In this document: in pieces, positions 18,816 to 29,818 of the stretch
Layout of the letters: each line of letters opens with the position of its first letter
Numbering within the stretch: the stretch's first letter is position 1
From: a virus
Lineage: Duplodnaviria > Caudoviricetes
DNA length: 64,000 bases
Reading direction: 5' to 3' (one strand)
IMG/VR virus record: IMGVR_UViG_3300037067_006336
Location: 32,001-96,000 of that record
Notes under the pieces: generated by a model
The model's input: only the letters and a program-made list of their open reading frames with translations
Told to the model about the DNA's origin: nothing
Databases searched by the model: none
Made by a program: the position numbers and the translations under genes

Positions 18816-21800
18816 TTAAATTTTCCTGGTGAATCTAAGCATCAAGGCATCACCGGTATTGAAACCCGTGACCTTGAACTTGTAATTTGTGGCATCCGAT
18901 ACCTCGAAACGTAACCTTGTTGACCCGTCAAGCAGTATCTCGGCGAGATTGTAAAACTTGTCGAGCAAGTAAGACGCGTAAGCCATGTTTATATACCTTG
19001 TGACGTTCTTGTCAATGGTTGATATGTAGGCACTGTTGTCGTTGTTTATGATGAAAGCACTCGTGTCTCGTGACAGGTAACCACCGAGTATCTCCCTGGC
19101 GTCAATGATGTTGTCATCGGGGGTAAGGTTTATCATGATGTCAGCATCCGCCGTGAATAGCGATGATACCACGTTCCCCTGTACCTCTTCCCATGAACCC
19201 GTGGCGTTCACACCTTCCGTGATGTAATCAAGATCGTATAATGTCTTTATGTTGTTATCACCCTGTATGTTCATGATGCTACTCACCATGCCGTAAGGGT
19301 GGTAAGCAGCGCTCAACCGGTACACGTTCAACAATTTACCGAACCACACGCACGTGTTGACATCACATGGAACAGGCACCAGACCGACGTAACGTGTTTC
19401 ATCCCCTTCGACATTTATACCGGTGCTACCGGCGTACTCGATCATGCTGGTTAGTTTCATGTTCCCCAGTATCTTCCTTACCTGCAACACTGATAGGAAC
19501 TTGAACTTCAACTCCGACCTGAATAAATCCCTGAAGATATTCCATACCTGGTTACGGTCGAACAACGTGATGTATGTTTCAGGAGTGTAAAGGTCATCCC
19601 CCGATAAGTCGAACTCCGCTATGACCTCTTCATCCGTCATGTCCCCGAGGGACACGTTCGAAGGGAACCGGAATACCTCCCTGGTGATGGTGTTAGGGGC
19701 ATTGTTATTCATGGTCACCACCTTCCTCACGTGGAAGTACTGTTCCACCAGGCTCAAAGACGGGCTTGTAGGGGATAAAAGCATATCGTACAACGTGTTA
19801 GACGGGTCATCAGCTAAACGACACTTCTTGATGTAATTACCGAAAACTCCTTGCCCGGCATCCGATACTTCCACCACGTTCGATGCAGGGGTAGTGAACT
19901 GAACCATGGATAAAGGATCCTGCATGTAAACGGTCCCACCATCGTAAAGGTCTATAACGATATCCTCGCACCACAAGAAATCACTGGTAAGTGCCACGAT
20001 ACCCTTGACGGTAACTTTCACGCTTATCCTGTTTCCAGAGTAAACGTAGAAGGTCGAGTCACCTGTTGCAGGGAACACGTTTAGTAGGTCGTGTTCATCA
20101 AGTAACAGGTCACCGCGTGTCAAGGCAACGTACCATTTGCCGTTGAAGAAATACTTCCAATCCCTTACAACCACATCGTTGAAATAAACGTAACTAGATA
20201 CCGGTAACTTCCAGAACTCTTTACATAAAGACAAGCTACATGTCTTAAGGTCGGCAACGTACTCGTTTGATTCCGAGAACGACTCGTTAGATGCTAGGAA
20301 GAAAGACGGGTCGATGACAGAAGCGTTATTAACATCACCCCCGCGTATCAGATCAGTGAAGTTAACGTACTTGCGTACCTCCACGTAAAGTTTTCTCGCG
20401 TTATCATCAACAACGGCAACGTATGTTACCTCCTCGTGTGCAGGGTTGTCAGGTACCAGGTAAACGGCGAACCTGTAACCGTCGAACTCGCTTGACAACC
20501 GGTACTTTACACCCAGGAACACCGTCTCGCAGTAATCACCGGTGAACCTTATGTCGGATGTTATGAGTGGTTCGTTATCGAAGTACCTGAATGCCCTGTC
20601 ATCACCAGCCACGTAAGAAGGTGCTTTCCCCTTGATTAAAAACCAGTTGAACGCCAGGTCATCATCCCCGTCCCCGGTACTGGTACAGGCGTTAGATACC
20701 CAGAATACCTTGTCAAGGTTCAACAGGTTAGGGGTTATGCAGGATGTCATGCCTGATGATAGGAGAAGTGAACCGATTATATCAGTATCCTTTACATCAA
20801 CCGTTGTATCAAGGGTATCACCTGGTTTCATGAACGGGTTGTTGGCCATTACCTTCATCTTGTTGAATGATGCAAGAACGTCCTGGTTCATCGATGGGAA
20901 AGCATCCATTAATGATGTCACGTAACTGTCCTGGTTGTATGGTTCGAAACCTGTCAACCTTATGTTTGTCTTTAGGTACTCGACAGGTTCAAGCATGACG
21001 GTGTATTCCATCAAGTCCTGGTAAACCTCGCATTCCGTGATACCGTCGAACACCACGGGTGGTTCAACCCTCACGATAGTCTTACCGTCGAACATGAACT
21101 TGTCGGTTATGTCGTGATACACGCCGTTAACCCTTATGGTATTAACGTTGTCAAGTAGCGTGGGTTGCCCCATTAACCACGTGTCGTTAGATGTTATTCC
21201 CCTGAATTGCCTGTAGTTGGATGAACCTGTAACCCTGTCTAGCACATTGTAATACCACGGGATCAGCATGGAATACTCCTCGTTGAGCGTGTCATCCATG
21301 TTTGATGTAACCTTGACAACCACCTGGCTACCTGATTGCACGCACGAGAAATCGAACATCGAGTTACATCCGGACGTTGCGTTGGTGCAGATGGTTCTCC
21401 ACGTCTCGAGAAGTGATGCCGGTTTTATGTCCGCATCTTTAACCACGTACTCCAGGAACAAGTTACCTGATGGATCCAGTATCTTTAGTGACTCGTTGGC
21501 CTCGGCCCTGTTAACCATGAAACGGTACTGGGGTTCACTTGTCGATACCTCGTTGATGCTACCGGTACCGGTTATATCGATGTATTCATCCAGCGTGTAT
21601 TCTTCACCATTAAACAACTGGTCCCACTCGATCCTCCCGGTGAACGGCTTCAACTTCAAGTTGATGTAACCATCAACGATGTTACCCCCGGTTACCGTGT
21701 AGGATGACAGGAAACCGTGGAAATTATTGAAATGAACATTGGAATTAGAGTACTCGAACTCGAACTCGAAGTTAATCAAACGAGGGTAGAACATGTTGTT

Positions 21801-22454
21801 ATTGGCGTACTCCTCGAGTATTATTTCGCCGGAATCCTTCAATGAATTAGAAACCCCCTGGATCTTCAACATGTCAAGCTTCCTGGTACAAGGTGAGTAT
21901 TTTTCATGTGAATACCCGTGCAGATCGATGATCGAATCCTCGTAGTTCATGTACACTGGGTAATCTAGCTCTCGTGTTGAATCTACCTCATCTAGTATGG
22001 CTTTCAACCCTATCTTATCCAGGTCGTGAACCATCAACACCCTGCTTCCACCGACTATCACGTTCCAGTCAATAACCGGTTCGTTGGGTGCAAGTAGCAT
22101 CACGAAGAAATCAGGGTACCTTGACGGATCCTTCGTTGAACCCATGTAGTAAGGCAGGTGGTACGATTTAACCCCTGATTGCTGGTAAGCCCCTAGGGAT
22201 GTCCTGGACGGGTCAACCCCGTTATTCCTGGCCGACGAAAGGAATATCGATACCTGTTGCAAGAACGACAAGCTCTTGTCGTATGATACCCTCCTGTTGT
22301 TGTAATCATCCAGGAACATGTTCCCATCCTTGTCGATGACTACCTTGTACTCCCCTGATAACCTTGTCTCGGCTGATGCCATGCACCCCCTTGATGTATC
22401 GAAATAACTTGTTCCGTTCAGGTTGGACGGGTTTGATAGAACGGGTGTACTCAT
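18816..22454 (-). CDS. large virion structural protein (baseplate/tail-associated?)
   Basis: 1212-aa acidic ORF in the structural module. Confidence 0.65.
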   Translation of the reverse strand: MSTPVLSNPSNLNGTSYFDTSRGCMASAETRLSGEYKVVIDKDGNMFLDDYNNRRVSYDKSLSFLQQVSIFLSSARNNGVDPSRTSLGAYQQSGVKSYHLPYYMGSTKDPSRYPDFFVMLLAPNEPVIDWNVIVGGSRVLMVHDLDKIGLKAILDEVDSTRELDYPVYMNYEDSIIDLHGYSHEKYSPCTRKLDMLKIQGVSNSLKDSGEIILEEYANNNMFYPRLINFEFEFEYSNSNVHFNNFHGFLSSYTVTGGNIVDGYINLKLKPFTGRIEWDQLFNGEEYTLDEYIDITGTGSINEVSTSEPQYRFMVNRAEANESLKILDPSGNLFLEYVVKDADIKPASLLETWRTICTNATSGCNSMFDFSCVQSGSQVVVKVTSNMDDTLNEEYSMLIPWYYNVLDRVTGSSNYRQFRGITSNDTWLMGQPTLLDNVNTIRVNGVYHDITDKFMFDGKTIVRVEPPVVFDGITECEVYQDLMEYTVMLEPVEYLKTNIRLTGFEPYNQDSYVTSLMDAFPSMNQDVLASFNKMKVMANNPFMKPGDTLDTTVDVKDTDIIGSLLLSSGMTSCITPNLLNLDKVFWVSNACTSTGDGDDDLAFNWFLIKGKAPSYVAGDDRAFRYFDNEPLITSDIRFTGDYCETVFLGVKYRLSSEFDGYRFAVYLVPDNPAHEEVTYVAVVDDNARKLYVEVRKYVNFTDLIRGGDVNNASVIDPSFFLASNESFSESNEYVADLKTCSLSLCKEFWKLPVSSYVYFNDVVVRDWKYFFNGKWYVALTRGDLLLDEHDLLNVFPATGDSTFYVYSGNRISVKVTVKGIVALTSDFLWCEDIVIDLYDGGTVYMQDPLSMVQFTTPASNVVEVSDAGQGVFGNYIKKCRLADDPSNTLYDMLLSPTSPSLSLVEQYFHVRKVVTMNNNAPNTITREVFRFPSNVSLGDMTDEEVIAEFDLSGDDLYTPETYITLFDRNQVWNIFRDLFRSELKFKFLSVLQVRKILGNMKLTSMIEYAGSTGINVEGDETRYVGLVPVPCDVNTCVWFGKLLNVYRLSAAYHPYGMVSSIMNIQGDNNIKTLYDLDYITEGVNATGSWEEVQGNVVSSLFTADADIMINLTPDDNIIDAREILGGYLSRDTSAFIINNDNSAYISTIDKNVTRYINMAYASYLLDKFYNLAEILLDGSTRLRFEVSDATNYKFKVTGFNTGDALMLRFTRKI

Positions 22455-22492
22455 GTATTTTTATGTTGGTGGCTTCGTTGCTGTTTTCAATA

Positions 22493-25400
22493 CTATCCCT
22501 GGGTGAAAGAAGAGGTAACACTGGATATATTCAAGCTATCCTTGACATTAACCTTGGATTTCAACCTGGAGTAAACTTTCAGGTCAAACCTGAATAAATC
22601 GTTATCAACCAGCAGGTCTATACCGATCTTCTTACCGTACTCGAGTGATTGTGTCGTGTCGTAACCGAACTCACCATTGATGTTACCTAGCCTGTCAGTC
22701 ATCCGGTACTCGTAAACAACCGGTATCAACAACTCGGAGTTAGCCGGGACGACCAGTACCGAGGTAGTCGTGTTACCTGACACCACCAGTTTCCCTATGT
22801 TCTGCAACACGGGGTAAAGGAACGCGCCGCACGTGGTCTTGCCAACCGAGTAGAAATCATTGTCATCGAACCCGCACACGGCGTATAACGTGTTGATGTC
22901 AACCTCGTTCTGTACCGTTGGTGCTTTCAACACCGGGGTATAAGCCCTAAGCCTGTTGAATTCTAGTGTCATAGGATCAGACACGGAGTTTAACAATGAC
23001 GGGTTGTAAAGAGGGTGTTCGGTCGTGTAAGCTATGAAGTTAGTGGTGTACTGGGGGTTTAGTGCCCCTAGTTTCTTTATCTCCACGTTGTTCACAACAT
23101 CAATGTACACGAGGTTCTTGTTAACCGCGGAATTGTTTATATCTACAGGCGTCACGGACTCTAGTGTTGTCGCTGGTATCACCAACCGGTAAGCGTCGCC
23201 CTGCTGCCCTGTCAGGTCAACGTTCCTGAAGTACGTTACCAGTCTCGATTGTTGCCTGAACGTTGATGATGAAACGTTCGACACCGGGACGTTGTAATAC
23301 AACGGGGCGTTGGTAGAGTCGAAATCGGCACCGGGAACCAGTGACCTTACCTCTACAGGGGTACTGTTGTTGTTCCTTACCTTGATGTAACATTGTTTCC
23401 TCACGATGGTGCCCCATTTAGACGTGGTGCTGACAGGTGCAACGTCCACGTAGTTACCGGCGAACAACTCGATGGTGGTGTTGTTCGTGACGCTGAACGT
23501 CTCGTTGTTGAAGTCAACTAGTTCGACGTTTACCCTGGCCTTAGAATCCTTGTTCTCGACGGTTGTCAACCTTGATATGATGTTCTTTATACACTCGTCA
23601 AGCGGTATGTTCTTGCGTTCTGACGTGAACTGACCGGAAGCTATCCTGCTGGCGATGTGGTCGAATTCCCTCTCGTTCTCGATGAACGCACCTGAAACGT
23701 GCTTGTCCAGTCCTAGCTCGCGTAGCAACGCGTTGAACTCGGCTTTCTGCAAATCGCTGGTGTTCTGTTCAACGGAGTACGACAGGTTGTTAGTCCTGAG
23801 GTTGTTGGGGAAATCCACCCTTAAAGGTTCGGACCATTGACCCTTCAGGGGTGCCAGCGGCATACCTGCCTCGGATACAGCCCTCACGCGTATCTCCATA
23901 GACTCGTTCTCGTTGATGCTTATGCTGCAATTATTGATGTTGACATCTTCCGAGCTATCCAGTATGTTCGTTTCCCATGTTAACGTGCCGTTGCTGTTCA
24001 TCACCTTGTTCAACGTCCTGGTAGGTATGTCCGACCAAGGGGAAACGGTAACGGTAACATCGTTACCTTCATCATCTTCCATCTTGTATGAAAGGGCATC
24101 AACGGTATCGATGTCTTTAGCAAGGTAACGAGCCTGCACGTCGTATTTTATTATGTTCTGTTTCTGGGTCAATGTCGATGTCTTCGGCTTAGCCACGGGC
24201 CAGTAACCTATGACCCTGTACTTCGGGGTGGTATTCTTCAACCCCGACTTTGTAGCGTTGGAATCTATCTCCCTTGACACGCTCAGCAGGTTAGTCTTCA
24301 ACGAGTTCAACTTAGCGGTCAGTGTTTGAACCTGTGACCTCTTGTATTCTTTCTCCGTCGCGTTCTTGTAATTACCCTTCGCCACGTCGGAGTTGTAGGT
24401 GTTTATCTGTTTCTGCGTGAAATCAACATCATCCTGTACCTTCTGCTTCTGCTTGTTGAGTTGCTCGATGTCCGTGTTAACCTTGGAGTCTGTCACGTGC
24501 TTGTTGATCTGTACCACCTTGAAGTTGGAGGCTTTCAACACCACCTTGTCAGGTATCACCCCCAGTGATGCTGGTATGCTTGTCTCGAATATCAAGGAAG
24601 AAAGGTACGAGCTGTAGTTAGTGACGTAACTTGAGAAGAACTCGTCGAGCGTGTACGACACGTTATCCTGTATTACCTTGTAAGTGCTGGTGTCAAGCTT
24701 GATTCCGGTACTGGGGTAAGATATGCTCTTCAAGGATTCCGTAGATAGGAACACCACGACCTGTTGTGTTGGGAACACGGGTACGTTCACGATGCTCGTC
24801 GTGTCTGAAACAGCATCAAGAACCTCGTTGAAGCATAACTTGTCTATTCCCACGTTTAACGTCTCGGAACCTGACACCCTCGTGACCGATACTGTTCTAC
24901 TTACCTTGTCAACACTTGTTACCTGCCATTTCGATGCACCGGTAGTCGTGACTAGGAAATCACCATCCTTCAAGGACACGCTAGAACCGTTGATGTACAA
25001 ACCAGAATACGTCAGCTTGTCAAGTATTAAACTGTAAACGTTATTTGATGTCTTCGATACTGTCAAGCTCTCTATGTTGAACTTCCCGAAGTACTTGACT
25101 TGTTGCCTGGTGGTGTTTAACTCCCTCCTGGTGTTAACGTACGTTAGTTTACCGGTCGAGGCCAGGTACTCTATCTCTAGCTGGGTTGGTGATGCTGATA
25201 GTGTATCCCACCCTGTCTTGATGTCATATACCTCGCATATGATACCCGAGGATAACTTGGAATCAACCGTTACCGGTAACTTCACCATCGGGTACACCAG
25301 GTCATTGATTAATGATACCTTGTCAACTACACACGAGTTACCATCGTACGTGAAATTAGACAGGTACTCAGCGTTCATGAAAGACGTTCGAGTTACCTGG

Positions 25401-25669
25401 GACATCGATCCATCAGAGTTAAGGACGTACGATATGTTATCCTCGTTCAACAGCGACTTGAAGTTACTATCGATCCTGGTTAACTCCTGGAGTATGTTCT
25501 GGAAAGAATTGACGGTAACGGTGGACGTTGTACCGTCGGGATTCCTCTGGGTGGTGGTAACGTTGGAATTAGAGGTGGTGGTTGCATCCTTGAAAGCCCC
25601 GAGGAGATTGTAGATGTTCTCGTACAACCTCTCCATGTTATCAACCATTTTCTCGATACTTGTCCTCAT
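22493..25669 (-). CDS. large virion structural protein with internal coiled coil
   Basis: 1058 aa, S/T/N-rich, central coiled coil; TAAATA box upstream. Confidence 0.65.
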   Translation of the reverse strand: MRTSIEKMVDNMERLYENIYNLLGAFKDATTTSNSNVTTTQRNPDGTTSTVTVNSFQNILQELTRIDSNFKSLLNEDNISYVLNSDGSMSQVTRTSFMNAEYLSNFTYDGNSCVVDKVSLINDLVYPMVKLPVTVDSKLSSGIICEVYDIKTGWDTLSASPTQLEIEYLASTGKLTYVNTRRELNTTRQQVKYFGKFNIESLTVSKTSNNVYSLILDKLTYSGLYINGSSVSLKDGDFLVTTTGASKWQVTSVDKVSRTVSVTRVSGSETLNVGIDKLCFNEVLDAVSDTTSIVNVPVFPTQQVVVFLSTESLKSISYPSTGIKLDTSTYKVIQDNVSYTLDEFFSSYVTNYSSYLSSLIFETSIPASLGVIPDKVVLKASNFKVVQINKHVTDSKVNTDIEQLNKQKQKVQDDVDFTQKQINTYNSDVAKGNYKNATEKEYKRSQVQTLTAKLNSLKTNLLSVSREIDSNATKSGLKNTTPKYRVIGYWPVAKPKTSTLTQKQNIIKYDVQARYLAKDIDTVDALSYKMEDDEGNDVTVTVSPWSDIPTRTLNKVMNSNGTLTWETNILDSSEDVNINNCSISINENESMEIRVRAVSEAGMPLAPLKGQWSEPLRVDFPNNLRTNNLSYSVEQNTSDLQKAEFNALLRELGLDKHVSGAFIENEREFDHIASRIASGQFTSERKNIPLDECIKNIISRLTTVENKDSKARVNVELVDFNNETFSVTNNTTIELFAGNYVDVAPVSTTSKWGTIVRKQCYIKVRNNNSTPVEVRSLVPGADFDSTNAPLYYNVPVSNVSSSTFRQQSRLVTYFRNVDLTGQQGDAYRLVIPATTLESVTPVDINNSAVNKNLVYIDVVNNVEIKKLGALNPQYTTNFIAYTTEHPLYNPSLLNSVSDPMTLEFNRLRAYTPVLKAPTVQNEVDINTLYAVCGFDDNDFYSVGKTTCGAFLYPVLQNIGKLVVSGNTTTSVLVVPANSELLIPVVYEYRMTDRLGNINGEFGYDTTQSLEYGKKIGIDLLVDNDLFRFDLKVYSRLKSKVNVKDSLNISSVTSSFTQG

Positions 25670-25709
25670 GGTGCTATTGAAATTTATTAATATTATTTAC
25701 TGGGGTGGG

Positions 25710-26513
25710 TTATTCATGGCGGAACATTATGATATCCCCTATCCCGCTGGAGTTCTTGATCATATCTTCCACCTTCTCTTGATCCTCGATGTTATTGAAC
25801 ACCTGCTCGATGTTCAACTGCACGTTTCCTGGTAAATCGGCAGTGAAAGCCCCTGGAACCCTTCGTTCCTCGCTCTTCATGACCGCCAGAACGTGCCGGA
25901 AGTAAAGGTCGTCGTTGTACAGGTACTGGATGTCAACGTTAGCGAGAGTCTCGAGCACCATGTCGTACGATGGTTCCTCGAACAGTTGCAATACTTTTTC
26001 CAACCTGGAGTACTTGAAAGCTACCGGGGTACCGTATATCGATTGGAAGTTGGTTTCCTCCACCATCTTCGCTGCCGCCTCCATGATGTACAAGCTGTTG
26101 TTTATACCCAGGATCGATTGACCGTAAGGAGCTGACCTCTGCAATAACTGTATGTTGTTTATCAACTCCTGGGATGTCGCCGGGTTGTTCTTGTCAACCT
26201 GGTAGATCTCCTGCACGACGTTTATGTTCGACGGCATCTTCACCCACCTTCCCATCCTGGTGTTGGGTTGCTCGGAATCCCAGAAGTTAGCGACTGATTC
26301 TTTCGTCAGCCTGAAGAACTTCCTGGTCGTGGAACCATGGTAGTACCGGTAGAAGAAACGGGCACTCTCTATCATTACCTGGACGATCATCCTCTTGTCA
26401 GGCTTGAAGGGTAACCTCCCGAAAGATGTTAACCTGTTGGTTAACCTGTTAACGAACTGTATGTCGGCGGCGGATAAATCAACCTGCACGTCGTTGTCCA
26501 CGATGACTGACAT
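25710..26513 (-). CDS. neck protein / head-tail adaptor (gp13-like)
   Basis: SARFFYRYY, DDLYFRHVLA..K, F.ADLPGNVQLN match the gp13-type pattern; ATG 26513 is the likely start. Confidence 0.7.
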   Translation of the reverse strand: MSVIVDNDVQVDLSAADIQFVNRLTNRLTSFGRLPFKPDKRMIVQVMIESARFFYRYYHGSTTRKFFRLTKESVANFWDSEQPNTRMGRWVKMPSNINVVQEIYQVDKNNPATSQELINNIQLLQRSAPYGQSILGINNSLYIMEAAAKMVEETNFQSIYGTPVAFKYSRLEKVLQLFEEPSYDMVLETLANVDIQYLYNDDLYFRHVLAVMKSEERRVPGAFTADLPGNVQLNIEQVFNNIEDQEKVEDMIKNSSGIGDIIMFRHE

Positions 26514-26762
26514 TATTATCACTTTTTAAATTACTATTACCGGGAACACCCCGTTACTTATGTACCCGTACGATTAAAAAAGATATGGTAAAAATACATA
26601 TGTTACCTGGAAATATCATTTCAATGCCCCATTGATATGCTTTTATCAATCCAACCTTGATTATTTATTAAAAAATAAAGGGTATTCTCGTTATTCCAGG
26701 ATATACAAGGTGTGGGGATGTTAAATCCATCTAAAGATAATTTTGAACTAAAAATTAAAATC

Positions 26763-27578
26763 ATGAAAAAATACATACTTGCAACATCTTTAAACTCGGG
26801 GTTTGCCGAGGATGGAGAAGATTTGTTATCTAGCGATGAACAAACTGAAATGTTTAATGAAATCGTGTATCAATCACTCGAAAAGAGTAACTTAAACTGG
26901 AATAAATACTCCAATCTTATTGATACAGTTGCAAAGAAAATTGTCACAAGGTTAAATGGGAAAACACGTAATAAAAATGGAATTTATCATACTTGTAAAT
27001 GTTTTAACGACAAGACAAAAACAATAAAAAGAAATGTTCCTGATAGGTTGAACATATCAGGGTGTAAATCTCGTGAAATATTTACCCTGGCGAAACAGGG
27101 TTACTGTCCAAAAGCTGATTTACATCTAAATAATAAACTAACGCTTGATAACTATATCAAAATAAATAAATTCATTGATTCTGAAGTAAAAATTAACCAG
27201 TCAATTACTGGTTTAACTATTAATGATCTTAAAAAGGCTTTAAATGAAAGAGGTTATTTAATTGAATCAAATACGTGTTCAGGTAGTGGGTCGCAGTACG
27301 TATGGTTATCGAAAATCGGTTCTGATGAACTTGAATTCGGTGTACGTATATCGGACCATTCACTTAATGATAATAACTATCTTGGTGCAGGGGTAGTGAA
27401 TTTTTACGAGGTGGTTCCAAACGATAGTTTTATTGAAGACACACTTACCTTAATTACAGAATACGAAAAACTTAAATCTGAATATGGTAACGTGTATAGC
27501 GGGTGGGTATGGTCTGAAAGATCAATATATGATATGAATTCCATACAAGATGAACCGGAGTTTTATTTTAAATTATGA
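26763..27578 (+). CDS. AT-rich accessory hypothetical protein
   Basis: Opposite strand to its neighbours, distinct AAA/TTT-rich codon use; C-terminal SGSQY...VRISDH motif. Confidence 0.7.
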   Translation: MKKYILATSLNSGFAEDGEDLLSSDEQTEMFNEIVYQSLEKSNLNWNKYSNLIDTVAKKIVTRLNGKTRNKNGIYHTCKCFNDKTKTIKRNVPDRLNISGCKSREIFTLAKQGYCPKADLHLNNKLTLDNYIKINKFIDSEVKINQSITGLTINDLKKALNERGYLIESNTCSGSGSQYVWLSKIGSDELEFGVRISDHSLNDNNYLGAGVVNFYEVVPNDSFIEDTLTLITEYEKLKSEYGNVYSGWVWSERSIYDMNSIQDEPEFYFKL

Positions 27579-27682
27579 AAATAAAGGAAATAAAAGCAAC
27601 ATTATTGAAACAAAGTTAACAGTAATGACGTAAAAGATAATATAATTACCAGGAAAGTTAAATTAAAGAAAGGGAAATTACC

Positions 27683-27868
27683 ATGAAAACAATGATAGTA
27701 ACATCGAGAATCTTAATGTCTGCCGCTCGTGCCTTGAAGAATTGTTGGTTAGACATATCCGATACCATTCTAGGACTCGTGGTGATACTGATGGTATCCA
27801 CGTTCATCATGTCGTGGTGTGTTGACGGGTTTGACCGTTACGTGAGCAATTTCTTGTCAAGTTTTTAA
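27683..27868 (+). CDS. small membrane protein
   Basis: 61 aa with one hydrophobic segment; followed by a terminator. Confidence 0.5.
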   Translation: MKTMIVTSRILMSAARALKNCWLDISDTILGLVVILMVSTFIMSWCVDGFDRYVSNFLSSF

Positions 27869-27893
27869 CACGGGAATGTATGATTGGTAAACA

Positions 27894-27938
27894 GGGAAAA
27901 GGGCGTTGGTTCAATACACAAACGCCCTTTTCCCGTTT
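27894..27938. terminator. bidirectional terminator between convergent genes
   Basis: GGGAAAAGGGCGTT ... AACGCCCTTTTCCC 14-bp stem. Confidence 0.8.
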
Positions 27939-27949
27939 AAAATACCGTG

Positions 27950-28549
27950 TTAAACGTGGGAGGCTTGTATTCCCCTATCCTTGCAGAATCCAGCAACGTC
28001 GAAGTTAGGACAGGTCTTCTTGGATAGACGGTTGTGACCTATGACGATCAAACCAGGGACCACTTGTAACTGCATCCGTATGTACGATTCCAGCTCGTCT
28101 AGTTGATGAGGGGTGTAAAGGTCAGATGCTTTCAACCCCTTGCCATCCTTTACCTTCCCGTCCCTGGACCAACCACCTGCCAGGACGATATGCCTTGATT
28201 CAGAGTTGTACCCCTCGGCACCGTTCGTTACTTCCCTTGAATCTATGACGTTGTCGAACGTGTAAGGCACAAGGTTGAATAGTTGGCCGTTCCTGTTTAT
28301 CATGTCGGAGTAACCAACCTGTGACCACCCGCGCCCGGATACCTTGGATGCCTTGATTGATGTCCCTGAAGGTAGTAACATGTATTCCGACTCAAGTTTC
28401 GTGACGGGTACCTGTTTACCCTTGTAAATGATACTACCATCCCCTTTAGTCCTTGGTCCCGTGTGCCATTTCACGATGTCATCCATGGTAACCTGCATGT
28501 CGTAAGGCGTGTCGGTGCAATGCACGACGAGGTACTTCATCTTTCCCAT
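27950..28549 (-). CDS. endolysin, N-acetylmuramoyl-L-alanine amidase (amidase_2 / T7 lysozyme-like)
   Basis: HCTDT, GWSQVGY, GHN and KTCPNFDV zinc-amidase motifs. Confidence 0.9.
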   Translation of the reverse strand: MGKMKYLVVHCTDTPYDMQVTMDDIVKWHTGPRTKGDGSIIYKGKQVPVTKLESEYMLLPSGTSIKASKVSGRGWSQVGYSDMINRNGQLFNLVPYTFDNVIDSREVTNGAEGYNSESRHIVLAGGWSRDGKVKDGKGLKASDLYTPHQLDELESYIRMQLQVVPGLIVIGHNRLSKKTCPNFDVAGFCKDRGIQASHV

Positions 28550-28553
28550 TTTA

Positions 28554-28886
28554 TTATATTTTAGATTCTACCTTGTTAACTACATCATCCGCTATCTTTT
28601 CCTTGTTGTCCAGGAACTTCCTTATGACGGTTGACCCTATCAAACCCATGACTATGACCATTACCGCCGATAGCTTGGTATCTATACCGAACCCGTACGT
28701 TATCGCTATGCCGAGAGCGATTGATATCATGGAGTACAAGAAATCCTGGATGTAGTACTTCTTGTCTTTCAACTCCCGGTTCTTCATGATGTAATCGGCC
28801 AGTAACCGTATAACTGATGTTGATAACCCCAGGATGTACACCAGCCAGTACTCCTGTATCGATGCTTGTAATGTCGTTGTCCCCAT
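28554..28886 (-). CDS. putative holin
   Basis: 110 aa, about 3 TM segments, charged C-terminus, immediately upstream of the amidase. Confidence 0.65.
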   Translation of the reverse strand: MGTTTLQASIQEYWLVYILGLSTSVIRLLADYIMKNRELKDKKYYIQDFLYSMISIALGIAITYGFGIDTKLSAVMVIVMGLIGSTVIRKFLDNKEKIADDVVNKVESKI

Positions 28887-28887
28887 A

Positions 28888-29484
28888 TTACATGTTATTT
28901 ATGTTATTAAACGTTACTTTACGCATTACCAGTAGCATCATGAACACGTTAGCTATCACCAGACTAACCACCGGGTCGTACAACGTGTTCAACATGATGA
29001 AACCACCAAGTACCGAACCCACTAGTATCCTTGGGTAATAATGTTTCAACTTCCCGACGTGGAACCTGGACCTCACGAAATCGTTGAACCCGACACCAGT
29101 CGAGTCCAGGTATGACAGGCAAACGTCCATGAACCTACCGTACCTATTAAGCTCGAACAGCATGTAGTAAGATGAAAGCGAGCATACCACAAGGGAGTAC
29201 CTGCTATCGAAACCGTTCATGTACTCGTGTATTATCAAGCACTGTAACGCCATGAGGAGCATTACCCTAAACGGGAATAGTGCAAGAACCCTTGGTATGG
29301 CGTTGAAAGCCTTGTAACCCTTCTCGTTTGTCATGGTTACAACGTTACCGATGTACTCCCCTATGGTGAAGAATACCTTGCTTGCCGTGAATAACAAGTA
29401 CGCGCTGGACAGGATGTTCATGAATATACAGAACGTCTCAAGGTTCAGGTATGTCATGCTAGTTGTCATCTTGATCCCCATCAT
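28888..29484 (-). CDS. multi-pass membrane protein (lysis cassette)
   Basis: About 5 hydrophobic segments. Confidence 0.6.
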   Translation of the reverse strand: MMGIKMTTSMTYLNLETFCIFMNILSSAYLLFTASKVFFTIGEYIGNVVTMTNEKGYKAFNAIPRVLALFPFRVMLLMALQCLIIHEYMNGFDSRYSLVVCSLSSYYMLFELNRYGRFMDVCLSYLDSTGVGFNDFVRSRFHVGKLKHYYPRILVGSVLGGFIMLNTLYDPVVSLVIANVFMMLLVMRKVTFNNINNM

Positions 29485-29818
29485 CTTTCAGTTCATTAGA
29501 TAAATCTACACCGGTGTATTTCTTCAATACCTTGCCTACTATGATGTTGAAATTGTTGCCGACAACGTTGAACAACCTCGCGATGTGCTCGCTGCTGACA
29601 GCTACGAACAACCCTACCAGGAACGATAGTATGTTGCTTATGCCGCATATCTCCAGCATCAACATAACGCCACCGGTGAACACCACCATGGTAACCAGGT
29701 ATAATACCTTCCCCCTCCTCGATAACTTGTAACCGTTGGCTATCCGCCTCAAGTATTGCAAGTACCCAACCGCCAGCAGTATCACACTAAATACCAGGAA
29801 CTCACTCTTGCGTGTCAT
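29459..29818 (-). CDS. holin-like membrane protein
   Basis: 119 aa, about 3 TM segments, layout similar to 28554..28886. Confidence 0.55.
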   Translation of the reverse strand: MTRKSEFLVFSVILLAVGYLQYLRRIANGYKLSRRGKVLYLVTMVVFTGGVMLMLEICGISNILSFLVGLFVAVSSEHIARLFNVVGNNFNIIVGKVLKKYTGVDLSNELKDDGDQDDN

